The translations under genes and the position numbers were made by a program. From contig JBGAJQ010000007.1 in NCBI GenBank assembly GCA_044224875.1, positions 57,517 through 121,516 on the forward strand: a DNA stretch of 64,000 bases, given 5' to 3'. Within the stretch, counting starts at the first letter, position 1; each line of letters starts with the position of its first letter. The notes beneath the pieces are model-generated. The model was not told where the DNA came from and made no database searches. It saw only the letters and a list, made by a program, of their open reading frames with translations. Positions 17,933 to 28,200 of this stretch are shown here, one piece after another. This DNA comes from Gemmatimonadaceae bacterium (lineage in GTDB: Bacteria > Gemmatimonadota > Gemmatimonadetes > Gemmatimonadales > Gemmatimonadaceae).

Positions 17933-20446
17933 ATGCCCCTTCCGACCAAGCCACCTGCCGGTCCCCTCTCGCTCACCTCGAACGCGCTGACGGTGCTTGA
18001 GAAGCGCTACCTGGTGCGAGACGCGAAGGGGAAGCCGACAGAGACGCCAGAGCAGCTATTCTGGCGTGTGGCGACCGTGGTCGCGGAGGCGGACCGCCGC
18101 TATGGGTCTTCTGAAGGGGCGGTGAACGAGGTGGCTGACGCGTTCTATCGTCTGATGACGGAGCGACGCTTTGTGCCCAACTCGCCGACGCTCATGAACG
18201 CGGGGCGTCCACTGGGGCAACTGTCGGCGTGTTTCGTTCTCCCCGTGGAGGACGCGCTCTCGAACGGCCAGGCGGGCATCTATGATACGCTGAGGGCCAT
18301 GGCCCTCATCCATCAGAGTGGCGGTGGCACCGGTTTCTCGTTCTCACGCCTGCGCGCCAAGGGTTCCATGGTGCGCTCCACGACCGGTGTGGCGTCGGGG
18401 CCCGTGTCCTTCATGAAGCTGTACGACGCCTCCACCGACGCGGTGAAGCAAGGCGGGACTCGGCGTGGCGCGAACATGGGCATCCTTCGCGTCGATCATC
18501 CGGACATCATGGAATTCGTGACCTGCAAGGAAGACCTCACGCAGATCACCAACTTCAATATTTCCGTGGCGGTCACACGGAAGTTCATGGAAGCCGTGAA
18601 GGCCGGCACCGCGTACGATCTCGTTGATCCCTCCAATGGCAAGGTGGCCGGGCAGCTGGACGCCAAGATGGTTTGGGACAAGATGATCGAGGGGGCATGG
18701 CGCACCGGTGAGCCTGGCGTCTTCTTCATCGACGAGGCCAACCGCTACAACCCCGTTCCGCACCTCGGGTCCTATGAGGCCACCAACCCGTGCGGCGAGC
18801 AACCGCTCCTGGCCTACGACGTCTGCAACCTCGGCAGCATCAACGTTGGCTATTACGTAGTCAACGGCGAGATGGACTGGGCAGCCTTCCGTCGCGATGT
18901 GCACCTGTCGACGCATTTCCTCGACAACATCATCGACGTCAACAAGTACCCGCTCCCTGAGATCGATGCGCTGTCCAAGCGGATTCGGCGAATCGGACTC
19001 GGCATCATGGGCTTCGCGGATGCTCTCGTTAGGCTTGGCATCGCCTACGACTCTCCCGAAGGGGTGGAGTTCGGCCGACGGCTGATGGAGTTCGTGGACG
19101 TTGAGTCGAAGAAGGAATCGCAGCGGCTCGCCGAGGAGCGTGGCGCCTTCCCCGAATGGGCTCGGTCCATCTGGGGGCCAGACGAGACGTGCGCGCGCGA
19201 TGCTGGCGGCACCCGCATCCGACCGATGCAGCTCCTTCGCAACTGCAACGTCACCACCGTGGCGCCCACGGGCACGATCTCCATCATCGCCGGCTGCTCC
19301 TCAGGCCTTGAGCCGCTTTTTGCCGTCGCCTTCATGCGAAATCAGGCCGGCGTCATGATGCCGGATGTGAACGAGGACTTCGTCGCCATCGCAAAGCGTG
19401 AAGGCTGGTACAGCGACGAGCTCATGGAGCGCATCGCAAAGCAGGGGCACATCCACTTTGAGGAAGTGCCGGACCGTTGGCAGAAGGTTTTCGTGACGGC
19501 CAACGAGATCCGCCCCGAGTGGCACATCAAGATGCAGGCGGCCTACCAGGAAAACACAGATTCCGCCATTTCGAAGACGACGAACTTCGCCCACACAGCG
19601 ACGCAGGAAGACGTCCGCGCCATCTACGAGATGGCTTACGACATGAACTGCAAGGGCGTCACTGTGTACCGCGACGGGTCACGCGACAACCAGGTCCTCT
19701 CGACTGGCCAGACGGAGAGCGCCAAGGCCGCTCGCGATGGCGCGCCCGTCGGTGAAGGGGATAAGCGCGCGGTTGGTGAGTTGCACGGTACAATCGCCGA
19801 ACTCAATGCGGAAATCGAGCGCCTCAAGCGCGCGTTGTTCGACGCCGAGAGCGAAAACCTGCAGCGCCGGGCCAAGCGGGCGCGACCCGATAAGCTCCGT
19901 TCGACGTCCATCCGTAAGGAAACACCGTTAGGCACCATGTACGTCCACATCAGTGAGGACGAGCGTGGCCAGCCGTTCGAGGTCTTCATCAATCTCGGCA
20001 AGGCCGGCGGTTCAGCCATGGCGGACGCCGAGGCCATGGGGCGAATGATCTCGCTCGCCATGCGGTCCGGTATCCCCCTGATGGAGATCCACCGGCAGCT
20101 GCGGGGCATCTCGTCCGATCGCGCAGTTGGACTGGGTCCAAACAAGGTGCTTTCGGTACCGGACGCGATCGGCATGGCCCTGCATGAATGGCACATGGAA
20201 AAACAGGGCGTGCAGCAGGAGCTGTTGCGTGATCGTCCGGCAGGCGCCGGCGCTCCTCCGGCAGCTGAGACGGTCAACGTGGTGATGCCGGTCTTGCGGA
20301 CAGGCAGCGGTGAGCAGATGGAGTTCCTGCCCTACGAGGAAACGGCCAAGAGCTTCATTGGCACCTGCCCGGACTGCGGCTCGCAATTGGAGTTCGCCGA
20401 GGGCTGCGTGAAGTGCCACGTGTGCGGATTCTCGGAGTGCGGCTAA
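17933..20446 (+). CDS. nrdJ: Class II (B12-dependent) ribonucleotide reductase with TSCPD domain and C-terminal Zn ribbon
   Basis: PNSPTLMNAG, QLSACFV, TNPCGEQ, CNLGSIN, APTGTISI, TVYRDGSR, CPDC..C..CGFSECG; GGAGG before ATG 17933. Confidence 0.95.
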   Translation: MPLPTKPPAGPLSLTSNALTVLEKRYLVRDAKGKPTETPEQLFWRVATVVAEADRRYGSSEGAVNEVADAFYRLMTERRFVPNSPTLMNAGRPLGQLSACFVLPVEDALSNGQAGIYDTLRAMALIHQSGGGTGFSFSRLRAKGSMVRSTTGVASGPVSFMKLYDASTDAVKQGGTRRGANMGILRVDHPDIMEFVTCKEDLTQITNFNISVAVTRKFMEAVKAGTAYDLVDPSNGKVAGQLDAKMVWDKMIEGAWRTGEPGVFFIDEANRYNPVPHLGSYEATNPCGEQPLLAYDVCNLGSINVGYYVVNGEMDWAAFRRDVHLSTHFLDNIIDVNKYPLPEIDALSKRIRRIGLGIMGFADALVRLGIAYDSPEGVEFGRRLMEFVDVESKKESQRLAEERGAFPEWARSIWGPDETCARDAGGTRIRPMQLLRNCNVTTVAPTGTISIIAGCSSGLEPLFAVAFMRNQAGVMMPDVNEDFVAIAKREGWYSDELMERIAKQGHIHFEEVPDRWQKVFVTANEIRPEWHIKMQAAYQENTDSAISKTTNFAHTATQEDVRAIYEMAYDMNCKGVTVYRDGSRDNQVLSTGQTESAKAARDGAPVGEGDKRAVGELHGTIAELNAEIERLKRALFDAESENLQRRAKRARPDKLRSTSIRKETPLGTMYVHISEDERGQPFEVFINLGKAGGSAMADAEAMGRMISLAMRSGIPLMEIHRQLRGISSDRAVGLGPNKVLSVPDAIGMALHEWHMEKQGVQQELLRDRPAGAGAPPAAETVNVVMPVLRTGSGEQMEFLPYEETAKSFIGTCPDCGSQLEFAEGCVKCHVCGFSECG

Positions 20447-20538
20447 GCGGCAGGCAGCAGCAACGTTAGGGACGACACGCCGCGCCTGCGACGCACGGCA
20501 ATCCAGACGGACCGCTCAAGTTGAGCGAACAAGAAATG

Positions 20539-20574
20539 AGTGCCGCCTGACCTCCGTGGTCAGGCGGCACTTTG
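20539..20574 (+). terminator. Intrinsic terminator after nrdJ
   Basis: 14-bp stem AGTGCCGCCTGACC/GGTCAGGCGGCACT followed by a short T run. Confidence 0.8.
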
Positions 20575-20667
20575 CTCTATTGTGACGACACGAGACACGT
20601 CCAACTTTGTCCCAGGTCGCGGCGGGCGCCAACACCGTACCTCCGGCTGACGCCCGCCGATGTTCCG

Positions 20668-21783
20668 CTACGGAATCCGAGTCACAGTCCACACCACGGG
20701 CGTGGCATACGACTGAGTTTGCCGGAAGCCGACGATTTGCCAACTGGCGTTGATAGCCCGCGCCGTTGAGAACGAGGCACTCAGTGGTGAGAGGTGCAAC
20801 CGAAGGGTGCCCGCGACGGGTGACCAGAAGTAGGCATCTCGAATCGAACTGCGGCCCGGATCGAGATCTTCGCTCCAGCCAACGACCGCCGGACCCGCCG
20901 TGCTGCCCAACGCTGCGTTCACCGTGCCACCGAGCGTCGGAATGGGTCGCAGGTCGCCCGGCAAGTCGGTGATGAAGGCGTGGGACGCACCCAAGGGCGT
21001 GGCATCCATGTAGTAGTTACCGACCAGTGGTGGTCCACTCGTTAGGACCGCGCGCCGTCCCTTGCGTCCGTAGTCGACGATGGTGCCGTCAGTGTAGGCG
21101 ATGGCGGCGTGCTCGGCGGGATCTCCAGCGAAAATGGCTCCGCCGGCGATCAGCCCAGCATCATCGACGTCGTTGGCGTGAATCATCGCACCCAGCGGGT
21201 GCATGCGTGAGTCGGACCCGAAGAAGAAGGCTCTGGAGGAACCTGCCTTGGTCTCACTCACTCCCACTACGATGGTGTTGTTGTTGATCTTTGTGGCGGA
21301 ACTGGCACCGCCCAACGACCCGATCGGCTTGATGCCGATGCGCCAGTCATAGATGAAGGCGCGACCGCCGCCCAACGTGTACGGGTCAAAGTTGGTCGTA
21401 CCTGTGATGCGACCGTTGTCATTGATGCCAGTCGCCATGCTGGTGACCTCCGCGCCGCGCGAGAGATCCTCGATAGACCCTGACGCGATGTTCCAGAGTA
21501 CGGCGTGTGGAATGCCGCCACCGTACGCGGAAGGGAAGCAGCTCCAACCCACGACGTCGCCATAGGCGTTGATGTCATAGGCTTGCCCACCGCCGGGCAT
21601 GCCGCCGCATCCTGAGCCGGGATAGCCAAGGGTTGGCAGGTCGGTCTCCGTGATCATCCACCCGCCGTCTGGCGTGATGACCTGCGAGACCGTCATGGGG
21701 AGTGCGCTCGTTGGGCCTGACGGATCGGCCTGGCACGCGGCCAGTGTAACGAGAGCGCAAAGTACTGTGACGCTGCGTCTCAT
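20668..21783 (-). CDS. HAF-repeat extracellular lipoprotein
   Basis: Lipobox LAAC; repeats A..IN..G.VVG.S...HAF and LGG; GGAGG RBS. Confidence 0.8.
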   Translation of the reverse strand: MRRSVTVLCALVTLAACQADPSGPTSALPMTVSQVITPDGGWMITETDLPTLGYPGSGCGGMPGGGQAYDINAYGDVVGWSCFPSAYGGGIPHAVLWNIASGSIEDLSRGAEVTSMATGINDNGRITGTTNFDPYTLGGGRAFIYDWRIGIKPIGSLGGASSATKINNNTIVVGVSETKAGSSRAFFFGSDSRMHPLGAMIHANDVDDAGLIAGGAIFAGDPAEHAAIAYTDGTIVDYGRKGRRAVLTSGPPLVGNYYMDATPLGASHAFITDLPGDLRPIPTLGGTVNAALGSTAGPAVVGWSEDLDPGRSSIRDAYFWSPVAGTLRLHLSPLSASFSTARAINASWQIVGFRQTQSYATPVVWTVTRIP

Positions 21784-21959
21784 ATGTCGGACCTCCGACA
21801 GAAGCCGTGGCACGCTCGCTCGCGAGGGCCGTCGAAGGGGCTGCGTCGCCGCTCGTGCGCCTGAAGCGTGGCTCACGTTGTGCATCAGAACGGTACGGGA
21901 CCCGCCATATGCAAACTGTCGGCCCTTGCCCGACGCGACGTAGGGTCGCGCTCGACGTC

Positions 21960-22712
21960 TCAGTCTGGGTCAGCGGCCGAGGAATGGGTGTCCACCGCCG
22001 CAACCGACGCATGGAACGCAGCGCGCCGCCGCCGCGACACGGGCACGTGGGCGCCAGAGGCGAGGATGGCCACGACTTCTCCTGTAGGCTTGCGCGCGAG
22101 CTCGCGAACGGCGCCAATTCGCACCAGCGCTTGTCGGTGCGCACGCTCGAAGCCATGTCGGCGCACACGTTCTTCGAGCGCGTTCAAGGACTCCCGCACC
22201 AGATAGCTGCGCGATCCCACCCACAGCCGAGAGTAGTTGTCCGCCGATTCCATCCAGTCGATCTCGCGAAGCCGAAGCACCACGGTACCTCGCGGTGTGT
22301 TCACGACCAATCCCGCCTCACGATCAGACCCTTCTGAACGCTGCAGCCGACGGAGTACTCGGTGAATGCTCGCCGCAAAACGCTCCTGGCTGACGGGCTT
22401 TACCAGGTAGTCCATGGCCTCGGCGTCGAAGGCCTTGAGGGCAAACTCGTCATACGCCGTGAGGAACACCACGACCGGCATGCGAGCCGACGTTCGTTGA
22501 CGGATCACCTCGAACCCGTCCATCCCCGGCATCTGGATATCAAGGAATACCACGTGCGGTTTGACGTCGTCCAGCGCGCGCAGCACTTCTCGGCCGTTGC
22601 GACACTCGACGGCAACATGAAACTGTGGAAAGGCATCCAACAGTTGCCGCACGCCTCGACGGGCCGCGGGCTCGTCATCGGCTATGAGCACCTTCCAGTC
22701 ACCGGTCGCCAC
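21960..22712 (-). CDS. LytTR-family response regulator
   Basis: IADDE, FLDIQMPG, TAYD, YLVKP, LytTR ADNY..RAHR; start (GTG) approximate. Confidence 0.92.
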   Translation of the reverse strand: MATGDWKVLIADDEPAARRGVRQLLDAFPQFHVAVECRNGREVLRALDDVKPHVVFLDIQMPGMDGFEVIRQRTSARMPVVVFLTAYDEFALKAFDAEAMDYLVKPVSQERFAASIHRVLRRLQRSEGSDREAGLVVNTPRGTVVLRLREIDWMESADNYSRLWVGSRSYLVRESLNALEERVRRHGFERAHRQALVRIGAVRELARKPTGEVVAILASGAHVPVSRRRRAAFHASVAAVDTHSSAADPD

Positions 22713-23847
22713 GTTCACGCTCCGGAACGAGTTCGCGATACGGCAGGCGCAATGTTGCCTTCGTTCCTGTTGGTTCGGCAGGTACAACCTCGAGAGACGC
22801 TGCATCGCCATAGAGGACCTGCAAGCGCTCCCTCGTGTTTTCGATCCCATGTCCCATGGCTGGCACCAGGGTTCCGATACCTGGTCCATCGTCGACCACC
22901 GTCACCTCCAACACGGCTCCATCACGACGCGCCGAGATAGCGACGCGACCAGCGTCTTCACGCCGCGCGACGCCATGACGGATGGCGTTCTCCACGAGGT
23001 GTTGAATGCTGAAGTCGGGAACCGCCGCCAAGCGCAACACCTCGGGAATGCTCACGTCTGGCTTCAGGCGATCCGGGAATCGCGCCTGCTCGATGGCGAG
23101 GTACTCCTCTACCAATGCCATCTCTTCATCGAGGGTGACTTCAGCGGACCGATGACGCCTGAGCGTGCGGCGGAGCAGGGCGCTGAGGTGTTCGATCACA
23201 CGAACCGCACCCACGCGATCTCCCTCGCGCGCCAAGACGGCGACGGTGTTCAGCGTGTTGAACATGAAATGCGGATTCAGCTGCGCCTGGAGTGCGGCAA
23301 ATCGGGCGGTCGCTAGCTGCTCGGACACACGGGCGAGTTGTACCTCACGGTCGCGTGCCTCCGAGAAGTAGCCAATGGCGTGCGCCATGGCAGCTACGGT
23401 AGCGTAGACGACCACACCGAATGGAATGGTGGTGAAAACCCAGGACGCCACGTCTCTTGCGATGGAGGCGCGCAGCCCCGTCTGCGACAGGCTGGCGCGC
23501 AGCTTTTCTGGTTCAAGGAGGGCGATCAGCGCTCCCTGGAGTAGTTTGCCAACCACGGCCCACACCAGGCAGAAGAGCAACGCGAAGCCAAGGTGCACCA
23601 TGAACCGCCGCGCGACGTTCGGCCGAACCACGGGCCATCTTGCCGAGATCTGGAAGATGAATGGCGTGACAATCGCGTAGGCAATCCAGTCCCCGAACGT
23701 GAAAAACAAGTTCACGGCGGTGGGCGGGTCCCATCCTTGAAGGCGCCCCTGCACCAGGCGATTCAAGACGTTGAATACCGCCGGCCACAACCAGATGGCG
23801 GAGACGAGCATCCACGGTTTGAGTCGGGTGTTTGACGCGCTGGGCAT
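22699..23847 (-). CDS. LytS-type membrane sensor histidine kinase
   Basis: About 4 TM helices, LQAQLNPHFMFNTLN, LVENAIRHG, DDGPG. Confidence 0.93.
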   Translation of the reverse strand: MPSASNTRLKPWMLVSAIWLWPAVFNVLNRLVQGRLQGWDPPTAVNLFFTFGDWIAYAIVTPFIFQISARWPVVRPNVARRFMVHLGFALLFCLVWAVVGKLLQGALIALLEPEKLRASLSQTGLRASIARDVASWVFTTIPFGVVVYATVAAMAHAIGYFSEARDREVQLARVSEQLATARFAALQAQLNPHFMFNTLNTVAVLAREGDRVGAVRVIEHLSALLRRTLRRHRSAEVTLDEEMALVEEYLAIEQARFPDRLKPDVSIPEVLRLAAVPDFSIQHLVENAIRHGVARREDAGRVAISARRDGAVLEVTVVDDGPGIGTLVPAMGHGIENTRERLQVLYGDAASLEVVPAEPTGTKATLRLPYRELVPERERGDR

Positions 23848-24017
23848 GTTCCCACCGTACGGGGGGAGCAGGGTGAGCGCAACCTCGCATGAGCGCCACG
23901 AGCAGGCGGTCGGGGATGTCCGACCGCTCCCGTCAGTACGGACGCCGTTCCCGTATGGACGATTGCCGCGAGATCGGCGCACGGTGAGTTTCGTTCGACT
24001 CCAATACCGGGGGCGCG

Positions 24018-25190
24018 ATGCCAGGTACGGAAGCGTCGGCAAGAGCATCTTCCGATCGACTGTGGTCGATCGACGTCGTGCGCGGACTGGTCTGTGTACT
24101 GATGGCGATCGACCACGTGCGCGTGTACTCCGGACTCCCCGCGGGCGGCCCGACGGCCGGCATCTTCCTCACGCGATGGGTCACGCACTTTGTCGCCCCG
24201 GCGTTTTGTTTCTTTGCGGGGACCGCGGCGTACTTCCTGGGCAGGCGACTGGCGAACACCGCGCGCCTTCGTCAGTTCCTAGTCACCCGCGGGCTCCTGC
24301 TGGTTGTGTTGGAGCTCACGGTGATCCGGTTTCTATGGTCCTTCAACCCGAACTTGGCCGAATTCTCGCTGGCGGGTGTGATCTGGATGCTGGGTTGGTG
24401 CATGGTGGTGCTCGCGCTCGTCGTGGGGTGGCCAGCGCGGCGCGTCGGTTGGGCCGGCGTCGCCGTGGTGCTGCTGCAGCAATTCTTTGGGTTGGTCCCC
24501 CGAATACCGGGGTTGCAGCCGATCACACCGGTTTGGGCGTTTGTGTATCCATCGGGTGCAGGCGCCCCGTTCGGTATGGAGGTCCTGTATGTGCTGGTGC
24601 CGTGGGTCGGCGTGATGATGGCGGGCTATGGATTTGGCGTTCTGATGGAGCTGGAAGGTGAGCGTCGTCGACAGCTCCTACTCAGGATCGGCGGTGGCAT
24701 GACCCTTGTGTTTCTCATCGCAGCGACCGCCCTGGCCATGGCGACCGGTGGTGGCGATGGCGGACGTGTGGGTGTGCCGGAGGCACCGCTGTGGATTCGT
24801 GTGTTGGGGCAGCAGAAGTATCCGGCGTCGCAGCTCTTTCTGTTGATGACGCTGGGCCCCACGATCGCGCTGCTCCCCTATGCGGAACGTTGGCGAGGGG
24901 TGGCAGGCCGCGTTCTCAACACCTTCGGTCGAGTGCCGATGTGGTACTACCTCGTGCACCTGCTGGTCATCCATGTTGCGGCACTGCTGGTCACGGCACT
25001 GCGCACGGGGGCGCTTCACCCGGAGTGGTTCGCCACCGCGCCGTATACGCAAGTCCCGCCGGAGGGGATGTGGTCCTTGGGGCTGTTGTACGCGGTGTGG
25101 GCGGGGTGCATCCTCGCGCTCTATCCGCTTTGCGCCTGGTATGCCCAGAGAAAGGCGAGGGCGCCCTCGGGTTGGATGAAGTACGTGTAG
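24018..25190 (+). CDS. DUF1624 / heparan-alpha-glucosaminide N-acetyltransferase-like membrane protein
   Basis: SIDVVRG..MAIDHVR, TRWVTHFVAP, KYPAS, multiple TM helices. Confidence 0.85.
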   Translation: MPGTEASARASSDRLWSIDVVRGLVCVLMAIDHVRVYSGLPAGGPTAGIFLTRWVTHFVAPAFCFFAGTAAYFLGRRLANTARLRQFLVTRGLLLVVLELTVIRFLWSFNPNLAEFSLAGVIWMLGWCMVVLALVVGWPARRVGWAGVAVVLLQQFFGLVPRIPGLQPITPVWAFVYPSGAGAPFGMEVLYVLVPWVGVMMAGYGFGVLMELEGERRRQLLLRIGGGMTLVFLIAATALAMATGGGDGGRVGVPEAPLWIRVLGQQKYPASQLFLLMTLGPTIALLPYAERWRGVAGRVLNTFGRVPMWYYLVHLLVIHVAALLVTALRTGALHPEWFATAPYTQVPPEGMWSLGLLYAVWAGCILALYPLCAWYAQRKARAPSGWMKYV

Positions 25191-25236
25191 CGTGTGAGCC
25201 GTCGAAGCTGACGGAACGGTGGCCAGCACCGCTCCG

Positions 25237-28200
25237 TCAGACCGGGCGGTGATCCACCTTCTGCGATGCTGGGCCAGGTGGGCGACTCATCGTCTCGCGG
25301 ACCTTGGCGAGCAGCGAGTGGACGCTGTACGGCTTCTGGAGGAACGCGACTTCAGCGTGGCTCACCCCGTGTCGCACCACGGCGTCGTCGGTATAGCCAC
25401 TCATGAACAGGACACGTGTCTTCGGTGACGTCTTGCGTACCGCGTCTGCCACGGCCCGGCCGCCGATGCCGGGCATCACGACGTCCGTCATGAGCAAGTC
25501 GATGGACAGGTCGGGCTGGGCGAGGATCGTCATGGCCTCCTCACCACTCGCCGCTTCGTACACGCGATAGCCGGCGGCACGAAGGGCCCGGCAGGTCACT
25601 CGACGCACGCTCTCCTCATCCTCGACAATCAGGATCGACTCGTCGCCATGCTCGTGCTGCTCCGTCGCCGCCTGTGCAGCGGCCGGTGCCTGATAGGTGA
25701 TCGCCGGCAGGTAGATCGCGAAGGTCGAGCCGCGGCCAACCTCTGAGAACACGTCGATGTGCCCGCCGCTCTGTTCCACGATGCCATGGACGACCGACAG
25801 CCCCAACCCGGTTCCTTGTCCTTGGGCTTTTGTGGTGAAGAAGGGCTCGAACACCCGCGCCCGGACGTCAGGCGACATCCCGAGTCCCGTGTCCGTGACC
25901 GCCAGCCGCACATAGCGGCCTGGCTTCGCATTGGGGAACAGCGCCAAGTGGTGGGCGTCGAGTTCGACGTTGCTCGTCTCGATGGTCAACCGGCCACCCG
26001 TCGGCATGGCGTCTCGCGCATTGACCGCCAGGTTCATGAGTACCTGGACCATATGGCCCGGGTCGACCTCCACCATGCACGATTGCCCGAGCATCGTCTG
26101 GAGTTCCACGTCCTCGCCGATGAGACGCAGGAGCATCTTCTCGGTATCGGTGACGACGCCGTTCAGGTCAAACACCCGTGGCTCGAGAACCTGTTGGCGG
26201 CTGAAGGCGAGCAGCTGGCGGGTGAGTGACGCGGCTCGGTCGCCAGCATGCCGAATCTCGCCAATCAGTGAAACCGCATCGGGGACGTGGGCTACCGAGT
26301 GCAACAGCAGTTCGGAGTTGCCTCCGATGACCGTGAGCCAATTGTTGAAATCGTGCGCAATGCCCCCCGCCAGCCGGCCGATGGACTCCAGTTTTTGGGA
26401 CTGTTGCAGCTGAGTCTGCAGCTCCCGGCGCTCGGTGATATCCTCGGCGACGCCGGCCACGAGGATCACCGCGCCGTCAGCATCGCGAACGGGTGACGCC
26501 CGATCGTGAATCCATCGGATCGTCCCGTCGGGACGTATGACGCGATATTCCTCGTCGTAGGTCCCCAACGCTTGTTTAGTCATGGCTGCGTCCAACACCC
26601 GATCGCGATCGAATTCATGCACCGCCGCAATCCAGTCGTCGGCGGACCCATACGCGGCGGAACAGGGACGACCCCAAATCCGCTCATAGGCCGGGCTCAC
26701 GTACACGATGCGAGACTTGCCGGGGTCCGTCAGCCAGAACACCTCGTGGATATTGTCGGCAAGCTGCTGAAAGCGCTCGTTGCTTTCGCGCAACGCCTGT
26801 TCATTGCGCTGCCGATCGGTGACGTCACGGAGGATCACGGTCAGCAGCCGCCGACCGTCGACAAGGACCTGTGAAATGGACGCCTCGACCGGAAACTCTT
26901 CACCGTTGGCGCGCACACCCGTCACGGGTCGGAGGGCATCCATCCGACGGTTGGTCGCGCCCGTTCGCGCAAAGCCGACCACCTGCTGGCCGTGGGAGGC
27001 AGCGAAGCGCTGCGGGATAAGAGTCGTGAGGGGCTGGCCGACCAAATCGACAGCTGAACGCATGAAGATCCGTTCCGCTGCCGCATTCACCAGGACGATA
27101 CGCTGGTCTTCATCGATGGTGATGATGCCGTCCATGGCGGCGTTGATGATCCCCGACAGCCGCGCCTCGCGTTCTTCAATCTCTTGCTCGTGGCGTTTTC
27201 GATCCGTCACATCGCGCAGCACGACCTGGATGGCTGGGCCGTCGCGATCGGAGTACGGGGCCACGCGCACCTCTACTTCGCGCGCCGTACCATCCATTCG
27301 CAGCACACGATGGGGCGGGTATGTCGAGGGCGCTCCCCGCTTGACGGCGTCGGCATCTGCCTCGACGTCCGGCCGATCGGCGGGGTGCACGATGTCGAAC
27401 GCGGGCGTGCCCAGCAGCGCGCCGGCATTCGGCAAGCCCAGCAGGGCCACCCCCGCCTCGTTCGTATACACGATGCGATCGTCCCGAACGAGCATGATGG
27501 CGTCTGGGGACATCTGCACCAGGTCACGGTACCGTTGTTCAGAGGCACGGACGGTCTCCTGCGCGCGCCGTTCTTCCGTGATATCCTCGGCAAAAATGAT
27601 GATCCCACCGATGTCGCCGTTGCCCGCCCGCCACGGGTGAATTGCCCATCGTACCCAGGACGTACTGCCGTCCTGCATCTCCCACATGTCTCCAGCGCTC
27701 GAGCGGACCGCACCCGCGAGACACTCGCGATGCACGGCCTTCCACTCTTCGGGCAAGTCCGGGTGGATGTCGTAGTGTCGGCGCCCGACCAGGTCCTGAT
27801 AGCCGCGACCGAACTCTTGCTGCCAGCGGTTGCTGGCGGCCAGGTAGGTCATCTGGCGGTCCATCATGGCGATACTTACGGGCGCCTGTTCAATCAGGAG
27901 CTGCAACGTTTCCCGCGTGGCGCGCAACATCTGGTCCAGCCGCTTTCGCTCGGTGACGTCGTTCACGAAGCCATGCCACGTGACGCCGCCGTCGGCATCG
28001 GCGACTGGCACCGAATGGCCGTACAACCAACGCTCGGACCCGTTGGATCGACGAATTCGAAACTCATCCTGCCAGGGAATCAGGCGCGTCGCCGAGTCCT
28101 CGATCGACCGGTAGACGCGTTTGCGGTCCTCCGCTAGCATGACCTCGAAGAGGCCACGAGCGTCGCGTGCCAGTTCCTCGCGATCCAGTTGGAAGAGTTC

